NCBI RefSeq assembly: GCF_009914755.1
Contig: NC_060929.1
DNA length: 64,000 nt
Reading direction: 5' to 3' (one strand)
Origin: the human T2T-CHM13v2.0 reference genome, Homo sapiens
Made by a program: the position numbers and the translations under genes. The notes beneath the pieces are model-generated. The model had not been told where the DNA came from. It saw only the letters and a program-made list of their open reading frames with translations, and searched no databases. Positions within the stretch are counted from its first letter, which is position 1. Every line of letters starts with the position of its first letter. Positions 29,106 to 42,246 of the stretch are shown one piece after another.

Positions 29106-30354
29106 CCAGCATTCAAGGTTTTCTTGACCTATCTCAGTCTTTTTGTTTCATCTCCAAATTATCTCTATTCTAGGCTCAAACTGGGCATTCCTTAAATAGT
29201 CAGATGATTTTCAGCTTTCAAATAGGAAGATACCCAAAGTATTTCCTCCATCTCTTCTCAATAAAATTGTATCTCAGAATTCAGTTAATATGCTACCTCT
29301 TCCATAGAACTTCCCATGTCTTTTCTAGCCTTACCCCCTTGTTCACATAGTAAGTGCTATGTAAGTCTTTACTAAATAAGTGAATAAAAGCACAGCATTG
29401 TGGAAGAAAAATATTAAGCTTTTATTTGATTTGAGGGGAGGTACACAGACAAGTGGGAGAAGCACATGGTAAGTTTTCCATATTTGATAGCCCTTTGCTT
29501 GTCATTTATTTTCTATTTTTGTGTTTAATTTTTAATACAACATAAAATTTACCTTTATTATGTGTATAGTTCTATGAGCCTATGTTTAGATTCATGTAAC
29601 TATTGCCAAAATCAGGATATATAACAGTACTATTACATTATAAAATGACCTCATATTATCCCTTTGTACTCACACCTTCCCTAAACTCCTAATCCCTGGC
29701 AACCACTGATCTATTCTGTGTCATTATAATTTAGTCTTTATAAGAATGATATACAAATGAAATTGTATACAATATAAGCTTTTGAGACTGGCTTCTTTCA
29801 TTCAGTATAGCTTTGAGATTCATTTAATTTGTTGCCTATATCAATAGTTTTATTTTTTATTTTTGTTTTTTTTTTTTTAAAAATAGTAGTACTCCATTGT
29901 ATGGATGAAACAGAGTTTATTCACCTACTGAAGAACATTTGGATTTTTTATTCTTTGTTGATTGTGAATAGAGCTCCTATAAACATTTGTGTAGAGATTT
30001 GTTTTTGTGAATGTAAGTTTTCATTTCTCTAGAGTAAATATCCAGGAGTGGGATTTATGGGACATATGGTAAATGTATGTTCAACTTAAGAAACTGAAAA
30101 ATGGATTTCAAGTGACTGTATTATTTTTCATCTTCACCAAAAATATATGAGAATTGTGGTTGTTTGCCATCCTCATCAGCATTTGGTTTTCTTAGTATTT
30201 TTAATTTTAACCATTCTAGTAGACATGAAGTGATATCTCATTGTAGTTTTAACTTGTGTTTCCATAATAGCTATCAGTCTTTTGTGTGCATATTTGTCAT
30301 CCAAATATCCTCTTTGTGAAATATCCATTATTTTGATATTTGACCATCTTTTCA

Positions 30355-30636
30355 GATTTGGGGTCTCTTCCTGTTGCCTAGGCTGGAGTGCAGAGGTGAG
30401 ATCATGACTCACTAAAACGTCAAACTCTTAGGCTCAAGTGATTCTCCCATGTCAGACTTCTGAATAGCTGGGATTACAGATGCTAGTCATCACGCCCAGC
30501 TAACTTTTTTAGTTTTGTAGATATGGGGTCTTACTATGTTGCCCGGGCTGGTCTTGAACTTCTGGCCTCAAGAAATCCTGCCTCCTCACCCTCCAAAAGT
30601 GCTGGGATTGCAGGCATGAGCCACCACACCTGGCTG
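30355..30636 (-). mobile_element. AluJ
   Basis: Diverged reverse Alu: ggctcaagtgattctcc, tatgttgcccgggctggtc. Confidence 0.85.
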
Positions 30637-30857
30637 ACCGATTGGGCTGTTTGTTTTCTTACTGTTGAGTTTAGAAAGTTCTCAGTATATTCTGTATTTA
30701 AGTTGTTAGATGTGTAATTTGCAATTGTTACCTCTCAGCTTAATCTTCTCATAGTGCCCTATGCAGAACAGAAATTGTTAATTTTTATGAAGTACAATTT
30801 GTCCATATTTTCTTCTATGAATCATGCATCTAAAGTTGTACAGTAATTCTTTGCTAA

Positions 30858-31168
30858 GAAAGGAGATTAATGGATGCCTAGAGCTAAATGGTGAGGAGGA
30901 ATGGGAAGGGTTGCAAATAGGTATAAAGTTTTTTATGCTGGTGAAAATGTCCTAAAATTAGATTGTAGAAAGAGTTTCAAACTCTGTGAACATATTAAAG
31001 TTCTTCAAATTGTGTACCATGGGTGAATTTTATGTAAATAATATATCACAAATTTATATATTATAGTTCTATAAAACTAATTAACTTACAATCAGTGATT
31101 ACTAATATATCAATATTATTTGATTTAAAAATAATTCATTCAATTATATAAATAACATTATTTTTAAA
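30858..31168 (+). mobile_element. Short L1M 3'UTR fragment inserted opposite to its host L1
   Basis: ggtgaaaatgtcctaaaattagattgt...actctgtgaacatattaaa...gggtgaattttatg followed by an AT-rich decayed tail. Confidence 0.65.
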
Positions 31169-31302
31169 AAGAACTCTGTCTCATCCAAGATGATGAAGAT
31201 TTTCTCCTATGTTTTCTTCTGAAAGAAAAATAGTTTTATATTGTACACTTAGACCTATAATCCATTTTGGTTAATTTTTATATAAGATGTAAGATTTAAG
31301 TC

Positions 31303-31334
<32 letters not shown>

Positions 31335-33265
31335 GGTAAATGGCTGCCCAGTTGCTTTAACATTATTCATTGAAAAAAACGCATCTTTCATTGATTTGCC
31401 CATGCACCTTTGTCAAGAATCAGCCATATTTGTGCTGACATGCTTCTGGATTGTTTATTTTGTTCTATTGGTCTATACTTTTGTCAATACCATGCTGTCT
31501 TGATTACTGTAGCTCCATAAGCTTAAAATCTGCTAGTGTGACTTCTCTGACTTTATTTTTTTAATTCATATTTATTTTGGCTGTCTTTATTGCTGTATCT
31601 TTTCATGTAAACTTTAAAATAAGCTTCCCTATATCTATAGACAATTCTGCTGAGATTTATTTGGAATTGTGTTGTCTATAGGTCAATTTGGGGAAAACTA
31701 ACATCTATATAGGATGTCTTCCAATCCATAAACATGCTATCTTTCTCCATTTACCTAGATTTTCTTTGATTTATCAGCATTTTGTAGTTTTCAGCATACA
31801 GCTATTGCACATGTTTTATTATATTTTACATAAGTATATTATTATTTTGGAACTTTGATGCATTAAAAAGTTCTGTTTTCAATTGCTCATTCTTAATATG
31901 TAGAAATACTATTGATTTTTGTGTGTTGACCTTGTGTCGTGTGACCTAGCTAAAATCAATTATTACTTCTTAGAAATTATTATGGATGCTTAGAATTTTC
32001 TCAATTATCTTCCTTTACAATGTACATTACTTTTATTTCTTATTCTTAGCTTATTTCACTGACTAAGACTTCTAGGATGATGTTGAAGAGAAGTGGTGAG
32101 AGTAGATATCCTTGCTATATTCCCAATCTGAGGGGGAGAACATTCTGTGTTTTACCATTATATATTAGGGTAGTGGTAGGCTTTACAATTTTTTTATTTT
32201 TATTTTTTAAACCTTCTGTTAGGATGAGGAAGTTTTCTTCTATTTTTACTTTGCTTAGACTGTTAGCATGAATGGATGATGATTTTTTAAATGATTGTTC
32301 TGTCAATTTTGTTATCCTATAGGTTTTTTTCCCTTTGGACTGTTGATATAGTAGATTACATTGAATTATTTTCAAATATTGCAACAAAAGTGCATTCCTG
32401 TGACAAGGCCCACTTACTTGTGGTGCACCGTTCTTTTTATATATTATTGAGTTGGCTTTGTTAATATTTGGTGCAGGATTTTCATGTGTATGTTCATCAG
32501 AATTATTGGTTTTTAATTTTCTTTTCCTGGACTGTCATTGTCTGTAGTTAATATTAAGGCAATGCAGATCCTACAGGATAAATGGAAAAGTGGTAGCCTT
32601 ATCTTCAGTTTTCCAGAAATAATATGTAAAATTGATATTATCTGCTCTTTTAATATTTGGTAAATTCACCAGTGAAACCATTTGGGCCTGGGAATTTTTT
32701 TCTAAAGAGTTTCAACTATGAATTCATTTAAAAAAGTAGTTATAAAGCTATACAGGTTATCTGTTTCATTTATTTGGTAATTCATGTTTTCTGAGGAATG
32801 GGTCAATTTTATTTACATTTTTGAATTTATGTGTATAGAGCTGTTTGTATTATTTCCTTATTTTATTTTAATGTCTTTTGTCTGTACTGCTATTTCCTCT
32901 TTGATTCCAAATAATTTGTAAACTAACTTTTAGTGTCATTTATTTTCTCTTTGTTTTATGTTTCATTGACTTTGCTCTTACCTTTATTATTTCCTCCTTT
33001 AGGCTTACTCTTAATTTTTTTAATTTTTTTTATTTCCTTAAATAGAAGTTTGGATTTCTGGTTTGAGACCATTTGCCTTTTCCAGTGTAAGCATTTAATG
33101 CTATACACTTAACTCTTAGCACAGCTTTAGCTGAATTGCATAAATTTTGCAAAATCATACTTTCATTTTTGAGAGTATGGTAAGTTCCCACTTACCAATG
33201 TTTGTTCACAATATTTTCTAATTTCCTTGGAGACTGATTCATGAAGTATTTACAAGTATATTATT

Positions 33266-33320
33266 ATTTTTTTTAAATTATACTTTAAGTTCTGGGGTAC
33301 ATGTGCACAACGTGCAGGTT
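33266..33320 (-). mobile_element. About 55-bp L1PA 3' tip
   Basis: ttatactttaagttctggggtacatgtgcacaacgtgcaggtt. Confidence 0.85.
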
Positions 33321-36300
33321 TCATTTCTAAGTGGATATTTTTCTGTTATTGTTCAGTAATTTAATACTAGTTTATTTCTATTATAGTCATAGAAAATGTT
33401 TCATATGATTTTAATTCTTTTAATTTGCTAAGCCTGAGATATGTCTATTTTGATGAATGTTCTGTGTATACTTGAAAAGAATGTGTTCTGCTGCTTTTGG
33501 ATAAAGAGTTTCAAAGTTGCAGTGAGATTCATTCAATTGACTAATGATGTTGTCCAATTCTTCTGTATTCTAACAAATTACAGTCTATTAGTTCTATTGC
33601 TAAGAGAAAACTGTTGATATCTCCAACAATAATTGCAAATCTGTCTGTTTTTTCAGTTGTATGAGTTTTTGCTTCATGTCTTTTAAAGTTCTATTATTGA
33701 GTGTGTATGTAATTAGGATTGTTATTTCTTGCTGATTAGTAGCCCTGTTATCATTATGTAATGGTCCTCTTTTTTCCTGTTAATTTGCTTTGCTCTGATG
33801 TTTAATTTATTTGATACTAATATAACCTCTCTAGCCTGCTTTTAATGTTTGTGCAGTATATGTATTTTTCATCCGTTTGATTTTAACTTTTCTATGTCAT
33901 TATATTTGAAGTACGTTTTTTGTAGATATAGTAATTCTTTTATATACATTCTGACAATCATTGATTTTTCTTCTTTTTAAAAAAATTTCTAACTTTTAGG
34001 TTCAATGGGTACATATGCAGGTTTGTTATATAGGCTAATTGTGCATTGCAGAGGTTCGGTATACAGATAATTTTGTTACCCAGGTAATTAGCATAGTGCC
34101 CAATACATGGTTTGTCAATCCTCACCCTCCTCCTACCCTCTATCTTTGAGTTGGCTCCAGTGTCTACTGTTCTCTTCTTTGTGTCCATGTGTACTCTGTT
34201 TAGCTCCCACTTATAAATGAGAACATGAAGCATTTGGTTTTATGTTCCTGTGTTAATTTGCTTAGAAAAATGGTCTCCAGCCCATCCATGTTGCTGAAAA
34301 GACCATGATCTTATTTTTTTATAGCTGCATAGTATTCCATGGTATGTATGTACCACATTTTCTTTATCTAGTTCACCATTGATGGACATTTAGGTTAATT
34401 CGATGTCTTTGCTATTGTGAATAGCATGTGTATGTTGCAGTGAACATACACATGCATGTGTCTTTATGGGAGAATGATTTATATTCCTTCAGGTATATAC
34501 TCATTAGTAGAATTGCTGGATTGAATGGCAGTTCTATTTTAACTTCTTCAAGAAATATCAGACTGCTTTCCACAGTGGCTGAACTAACTTAAATTACCAC
34601 TTAGCAGTGTATAAGCATTCCCTTTTCTCTGCAACCTTGCCAGCATTTGTTATTTTTTGACTTCTTAATAATAACCATTATGACTGGTGTGAGACAGTAT
34701 CACATTGTGGTTTTGATTTGCGTTTCCCTAATGACTGATATTGAACATTTTGTTTTCATACACATGTTGACCACATGCATGTCATCTTTTGAGAAGTGTC
34801 TGTTCATGTCTTTTACTGATTTTTCCATGGGGTTATTTGTTTTTTGTTTGTTGATTTGTTTGAATTCCTTATAGATTCTGGATATTGGACCTTTGTCAGA
34901 TGCATAGTTTGCAAATATTTTCTCCTATTTTGTAGGTTATCTGTTTGCTCTTTTGATAGTTTCTTTTGCTGTGCAGAAGCTCTTTAATTAGGTCCCACTT
35001 ATCAATTTTTGTTTTTGTTGCAATTGCTTCTAGAGTCTTTGTCATGATGTCATTGTCTGAGCCAATGTCCAGAATGGTATTTCCTAGATTTTCTTCTAGA
35101 GTTTTTATGGTTTTATGTTTTACATTTAAGCCTTTAATTCATCTTGAGTTGATTTTTGCATATTATAAAAAGTAGGGATCCAGTTTCATTCTTCTACATG
35201 TGGCTAGCCAGTTATCCCAGCAGCATTTATTGAATAGGGAGTCCTTTTTCCATTGCTTGTTTTTGTTGACTTTGTCAAAAATCAGATGGTTTTAGATATG
35301 CAGCTTCATTTCTGGGTTCTGTAAGCTGTTGCATTGGTCTATGTGTCTGTTTTGTACCATGTTGTTTTAGTTACTGTAGTCTTGTAGTATGGTTTGCAGT
35401 TGGGTACTGTGATGCCTCCAGCTTTCTTTTTGCTTAGGATTGCTTTTGCTATTTGGACTCTTTTTTGGTTCCCTGTGAATTTTAGATGGTTTTTTCTAAA
35501 TCCAAAAAATATCATTGGTAGTTTGATAAGAATAGCATTGAATCTATATGTTGCTTTGGGCAGTATGGCTGTTTAACAATATTGATTCTTCCTATCCATA
35601 AGCATGGAATGTTTTTTCATTTGTTAGTGTCATCTCTGATTTCTTTCAGCAGTGTTTTGTAATTCTCATTCTGTAGAGGTCTTTCACCTCCCTGGTTAGC
35701 TGTATTTTTAGGTATTTTATTCTTTTTTTGACTATTGTAAATGGGATTCCATTCTTGATTTGGCTCTCAGCTTGGACGTTGTTGGTGTATAGGAATGCTA
35801 CTGATTTTTGTACTTTGATTTTGTATACTGGAACTTTGCAAAGTTGTTTATCAGTTCTAGGAGCTCTTGGGCAGAGACTATGGAGTTTACTAGGTATAGA
35901 AACATATCATCGCAAACAGTTTGACTTCCTCTCTTCCTATTTGGATGTCTTTTATTTCTTTCTCTTGCCTAATTGCTCTGTCTGGGATTCCCAATATTAT
36001 GTTGACTAGGAATGGTGAGAGGCAGCATCCTAGTCTTGTTTTGGATCTCAAGGGGAACGCTCCCAGCTTTTGCTTGTTCAGTGTGATGTTGGCTATGGGT
36101 TTGTCATAGTTGGCCCTTATTATTTTGAGATATGTTCCTTTAATGCCTAGTTTGTTGAGGGTTTTTAACAAGAGATACTGAATTTTATCAAAATCCTTTT
36201 CCATGTCTATTGAGATGATCATGTGATTTCTGTGTTTAGTTTGGTTTATGTGGTAAATTACATTTATTGATTTGTGTATGTTGAGCCAAACTTGCATCCC

Positions 36301-36551
36301 ATGAATAAAGCCTACTTGATTGTGGCTGACTAGTTTTTTGATTTGTTACTATATTTGGTTTGTTAGTATTTTGTTGGGGACTTTTGCATGTATGTTCATC
36401 AGGGATATTGGCCTGAAATTTTCTTTTTTTGTTTTGTCCCTGGCAGGTTTTGGTGTGAGAATGATACTAGCCTCATAGAATGAGTTAGGGAGGAATCCTT
36501 CCTTATCAATTTTTTATGAGGGTTTCAAAAGAATCAGCACCAGTGCTTCTC

Positions 36552-36848
36552 TATTTTTTTATTACTATTTTTTAGACAGGGCCTTACTCTGAAACCCAGG
36601 CTCAAGTACAGTGGCATGAACATGGTTCACTGCAGCCTTGGCCTTCTGGGCTCAAGCCATCCTCCCACTTCAGCCTCCCTAGTGGCTGGAACAACAGCCA
36701 CGTACCACTAGACCTGGATATTTTTTAAATTATATTTTTGTAGAGATACGGTATTGCCATATTGCTCAGGCTGGTCTCAAACTCTAGGGCTCAAGTGATC
36801 CTCCTCACTCAGCCTCCCAAAGTGCTAAGATTACAAGCGTGAGCCACC
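36552..36848 (-). mobile_element. AluJ
   Basis: Reverse Alu with J features (cactgcagccttg, ggctcaagccatcctccc). Confidence 0.88.
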
Positions 36849-36886
36849 CAGCTCTTCTTGATACAAGTGGTAGAATTTGGCTTTGA

Positions 36887-37243
<357 letters not shown>

Positions 37244-40200
37244 TAGCCTTTTCATTACTGGTTCAATTTTGGAATTTGTTACTGATCTGTTCTGGATTTC
37301 CTTTTCTTCCTGGTTGAAGCTTGAAAGGTTGTATGTTTGCAGGAATTTATCCATTTATTCTAGATTTTCTAGTTTGCATGCATGGAAATATTCATAATAG
37401 TCTCTGAGGGTTTTTGTGTTTTTTTTGTATTTCTGTGGGTGTCCTGACATGTGAGATGGGTCTCTTGAAGACAGCATACAGGTGAGTCTTTGTTCCATGT
37501 CCAATAGTCACTCTGTGCCTTTTGAATGGGGTGTTTAACCTGTTTACTTTCAAGGTTAATATTGATATGTTTTGATTCGATCCTGCCATTGTGTTGTTAG
37601 CTAATTGTTATGTAGAATTTATTGTGTATTTGCTTTATAGTGTTGATGGTCTATGTACTGGAGTGTGTTTTTGTGGTGGTTGGTAACAGTCTTTGATTTC
37701 CATACTTAGCACTCCCTTAAGGACCTCTTGTAAGGAATGCCTGGTGGTAATGAAGTCCCTTAGCATTTGCTTGCCTGAAAATGAATTTATTTCTCCTTCT
37801 CTTATGGAGCTTAGTTTGGCTGGATATGAAATTCATGGTTGAAATTTCTTTTGTTAAGGATGCTGAATATAGGCCCTCAATCTCCTCTGGCTTATAAGGT
37901 TTCTGCTGAAAGGTCAGAGTGGGGTTCTGTTAGCATGATGGGCTTCCCTTTGTAGGGTGACCTGCCCCTTCTCTCTGGCGGCCTTTAATATTTTTTCTTT
38001 AATATTAACCTTGGAGAATCTCATAACTATTTTTCCCAGGGATAGTTGTCTTGTATCTCACAGGAGTTCTCTGAATTTTCTGAGTTTTTATGTTAACCTC
38101 TCTAGTGAGGTTGGGAAAATTTTCATGGACAGTATCCTCAAATATATTTTCTAAGTTGCATGCTCTCTCTCCCTCTCTTTCAGGAACACCAATGAGTCAT
38201 AGATTTGGTTTCTTTACATAATCCCATATGTCTTGGAGGTCTTTTTCATTTTTAAAAATTATTTTTTCTCTATTTTTGTCTGAGTTAATTTGAAGAACTG
38301 GTCCTTGAGCTCTGAGATTCTTTTCTCAGCTTTTTCTATTCTGCTGTTGATACTTTCAATTGTGTTATAAAATTCTTGTGAATTCTTTTTGGCTCTATCT
38401 TCTTGGTTTGGTTCTTTTTTAAAATGGCTATTTCGTGTTTCATTTTTTGAATTATTTTACTGGATCCTTTAGATTATTTGGAATAGATTTTAATTTCTCC
38501 TGAATCTCAGTGGTCTTTGATGTCATCAGATTCTGAATTCTATCTCTGCCATTTCAGTTATTTCCTTCTGGTTAAGAACCACTGTTGGGGAGCTAGTGCA
38601 GTCGTTTGAAGGAAAGGAGATACTCTGGCTTTTAGTATTGTCAGAGTTCTTCTGCTGGTTCATTGGCATCTGTGTGGGCTGATGTTCCTTTACCTGTGGT
38701 GTCATTTGAGTATAGTCAGTTGACTTCTTTTCTGGATGTTTGTAGAGGGCTGAGGCTTTGTGCAGGGTCTTTATTTGTGACTAAATTCTTGTCCTTGGTT
38801 TAACAGGGGGACATAGCAGAGTATTTTTGGTTTTGAAGTTTGGGCTGTGATGCAGTAGATGGCATTTACATGTAATGGATAGTAGGTAGGCTGTTGCTCA
38901 GCCACAAGGCTCCTCTGTGTGTCTTTGTGTTTATGGTCATGCTCTCTCTCCATGCTCTGTGTATGGGCTCCTCTCCCACTTGAGTGCTAGCTGCACATCT
39001 TGGCTTGGCACTTCCAGGCTGCATACAGAAGCCCTGGGGCAAACTCAGGCTTTATGTTTCCTCTTCAGCTTGGGGACAGCAGGGGTGGGAACCTTGGCAG
39101 TGGCAATGACAGAGGACCTTTCACTTGTCTCTTGGCACTCCGCCCCAGAGAACCACCGCCAATTGGAACAATCTGCTTGGGGTTGGGTGGCTGCATTGTG
39201 GGCCCAAGCCAGGGGTCCAGCCTGATGATAAGCAGAGGAAGGTGGGGGGCTTGCAGCGGCTCAGAGGGAAGACAGACTGGCCTTTTTTTCCCACAGGGCA
39301 CCTGCAGCATGCTGGAGATGCCAGTAAAGCACTGAGGGTCTTTGTTCCTTCCCCAGTCCAAGGGCAGCAAGGGCAGTTCCACTGCAGTGGCAGAGGCCTT
39401 TCAGTTGCCTCTGGGAGCTCCATCTCGGAGAAACACAAAGCTGCTGCCAATGGGAATGTTCAGTCCTGGGTGGGGTGGCTGTGCTGTGGATGGAGCTGGG
39501 GGCCCTGCTTGGTGAAGCGTAGTGGGTGGGGGCTCACAGGGAAGAGAGACTCAGCTCCTCTCTTTATGGCAGCTGTGGCATATTAGAGGTGTCAGTGAAG
39601 TGGTCAGGCCCTTAGTTCCTTCCCCAGCCCAAGAGCAGTATGGATGGTACTTCTGCAGCTGCAGTGGCAGAGGGGCTGTGGATTGACTCTGGGCTTTTTT
39701 CCCTAGAGAAAGGCAGAGCTACCACTGACTGAAGTGTGTAGACAAGGGTAAGGCAGCTGTGCTGGGGGCCCAAGTTGAGAGGCCCTGGGCAGTGAGGAGT
39801 AACAGGGGCAGGGACTTGTGTGGAAAACAGTCTGACTGCATTTTGGAAGGCATCTGTGCTGTCCTGGAGGCTGGTAATAGTCCATAAATTCTTCGCTACC
39901 CACCAATCCTGAGGGCAGTGGGGTGGGAGAGAAGAGAAGGGCAAAAATGGCAGGCCTGTCTTTTACCTCTGAGCTCTGTCCCTGGGAAATGCAAAGCTTC
40001 TATTGGCCCCAGAGCTAAGTAAAGGATGGGATGTCTGTGCTGGGATACAAGGTTGGGTGGCCCTGCACAGTGAAGATTAGAAGGGGTAGGAACTCAGCAA
40101 TCACTGATTTTCAACTGCTGTGATTAAGCCTTTAAACATACTACAATTATTAACATATTTGGATTTAGGTCTTTTATTTTCTTATATGTTTCCTGTTTCC

Positions 40201-40526
40201 CATTTATTTGGTTTCTCTCTACTCCCTTCCTTATCTTTCTTTCATATTGAATATTTAAAAAAATTCTACTTTATTTACTTTATTTTAAAACTATCTCATC
40301 CTATCATTTTGATAATTGTTTCTCTAGGAATTACAAATATAAATGCTTAATTCTTTTATTTAGAATCAGTATTTTACCATCTCAAGCGTAATGTTCAAAC
40401 CTTACACTTTGATATAAGTTTCTTTTATGTTGTGGTTTTCTTATATATTGCATATATATCCATTGGGAACCCTATTAGACAATATTATAATAATTTTTAC
40501 TTTCAATAGTCAACTATATTTACTAA

Positions 40527-40580
40527 AACAGGTGGTAGACTAGATTTGGCACATTGACTATAGTTTGCCAATCCCTTTTC
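40527..40580. mobile_element. MER58-like terminal fragment
   Basis: aaaacaggtggtagactagatttggc...tagtttgccaatccct. Confidence 0.55.
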
Positions 40581-40772
40581 TATAAATTGGATTGTAATGG
40601 AGGAAAAAAGACACAGAATAACAAATTATAAAATCTAAGAACATTAGTGGCTACTACAGGAGTGCTGAAGATGAGTTATCTAACCTAGCACAATAGTGAT
40701 GCTTAAGAAATTCTTTCTGGAGGAGGTCGTATCTGAGATATGCCCTGAAGTGAAAGTGAAATTAAATGAGAA

Positions 40773-41073
40773 GGCCAGGCACAGTGGCTCACGCCTGTAG
40801 TCCCAGCACTTTGGGAGGCCGAGGCGGGCAGATCATGAGGTCAGGTGTTTGAGACCAGCCTGGCCAAGATGGTGAAACCCCATCTCTACTAGAAATACAA
40901 AAATCAGCTGAGCGTGGTGGTAGTGGGTGCCTGTACTCCCAGCTACTCAGGAGGCTGAGGCAGATACTTGCTTGAACCTGGGAGGCGGAGGCTGCAGTGA
41001 ACCAAGATCATGCCACTGCACTCCAGCCTGGGTGACAGAGCAAGACTCAATCTCAAACAGAAAAAAAAAAAAA
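40773..41073 (+). mobile_element. AluS (Sg/Sc-like)
   Basis: Full dimer; TSD gaaattaaatgag at 40758 and 41074. Confidence 0.92.
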
Positions 41074-41089
41074 GAAATTAAATGAGGAA

Positions 41090-41584
41090 TGATTAGAGAG
41101 AAAAGGGAGGCATTAAGAGGGCATTTTCTTAGGAGAAAAATAACATGAGCAGAGTACAGAGATATGTGTAAAGAATTACTCATAGACTTATGATGTTTTC
41201 AGAAGGTTAAAGGAGAAGGCCAAGAGTAAGTTTTTTTGAAGTATGCGTGGTGCTCAAGTGAGAGATGAGGTTAGAGAAGTAGATCAATAGGAATCCAGTG
41301 AAAGTTCTTAGGCAGAGAATTAATGTGTTCAGGTTTTCATTTTATGTAAGTAGCTCTGGTGGCCATGTAGACAGAAGATTTAAAGAAATCCTGGAAGCCA
41401 TGACTTTATTAGGAGGCTATCCAGAAGAGGAACAATATCCAGAAACTGGACAGAAGTGAAAGGCAAAGAGGTTGGGGGGATAAAATCCAAGAAATATTTA
41501 AAAGCCAAAATGAGTGGGATATAATAATTGATTAGATGAATATATCATATTTGAAGGTGAGGGGAAGACAAAAGTCAGAAAACA
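41090..41584 (-). mobile_element. L2 fragment hosting the L1PA; resumes at 47283-47520
   Basis: gctctggtggccatgtaga, aggaggctat, gtcagaaaaca|ctccctgattt continuity across the L1. Confidence 0.6.
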
Positions 41585-42246
41585 GGGGAGGTTCCAAGAT
41601 GGCCGAATAGGAACAGCTCCAGTCTACAGCTCCCAATGTGAGCGACACAGAAGATGGGTGATTCCTGCATTTCCAACTGAGGTACTGGGTTCATCTCAGT
41701 GGAGCTTGTTGGACAGTGGGTGCAGCCCACCGCAGCTCAAGGAGGCCTGCCTGCCTCTGTAGACTCCACCTCTGGGGGCAGGGCATAGCTGAACAAAAGG
41801 CAACAGAAACTTCTGCAGACTTAAATGTCCCTGTCTGACAGCTTTGAAAAGAGTAGTGGTTCTCCCAGCACGGAGTTTGAGATCTGAGAATGGACAGACT
41901 GCCTTCTCAAGTGGATCCCTGACCCCGAAATAGCCTAGTTGGGAGACACCTCCCAGTAGGGGCCGACTGACACCTCATACAGCTGGGCGCCCCTCTGAGA
42001 TGAAGCTTCCAGAGGAAGGATCAGGCAGCAACATTTGCCATTCTGCAATATTTGCTGTTCTGCAGCCTCTGCTGGTGGTACCCAGGCAAACAGGGTCTGG
42101 AGTGGACCTCCAGCAAACTCCAACAGACCTGCAGCTAAAGGTCCTGACTGTTAGAAGGAAAACTAACAAACGGAAAGGACACCCACATCAAAACCCCATC
42201 TGTAGGTCACCATCATCAAAGACCAAAAGTGGATAAAACCACAAAG

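Larger units (their letters stand above)
29510..33955 (-). mobile_element. Old L1M (MC/MD/ME-like) 3'UTR and ORF2, decayed; resumes at about 40112-40520
   Basis: T-rich reverse L1 motifs: ccctggcaaccactgatct, agagtagatatccttg, tacttgaaaagaatgtg. Confidence 0.8.

Noticed and set aside
26288-29110. TSD for the THE1 provirus
   Set aside because: Flanks ccctg and ccagc do not match well enough to claim.
38917-39944. Dense overlapping ORFs in a GC-richer block
   Set aside because: Explained by low stop-codon density in the L1 5'UTR.
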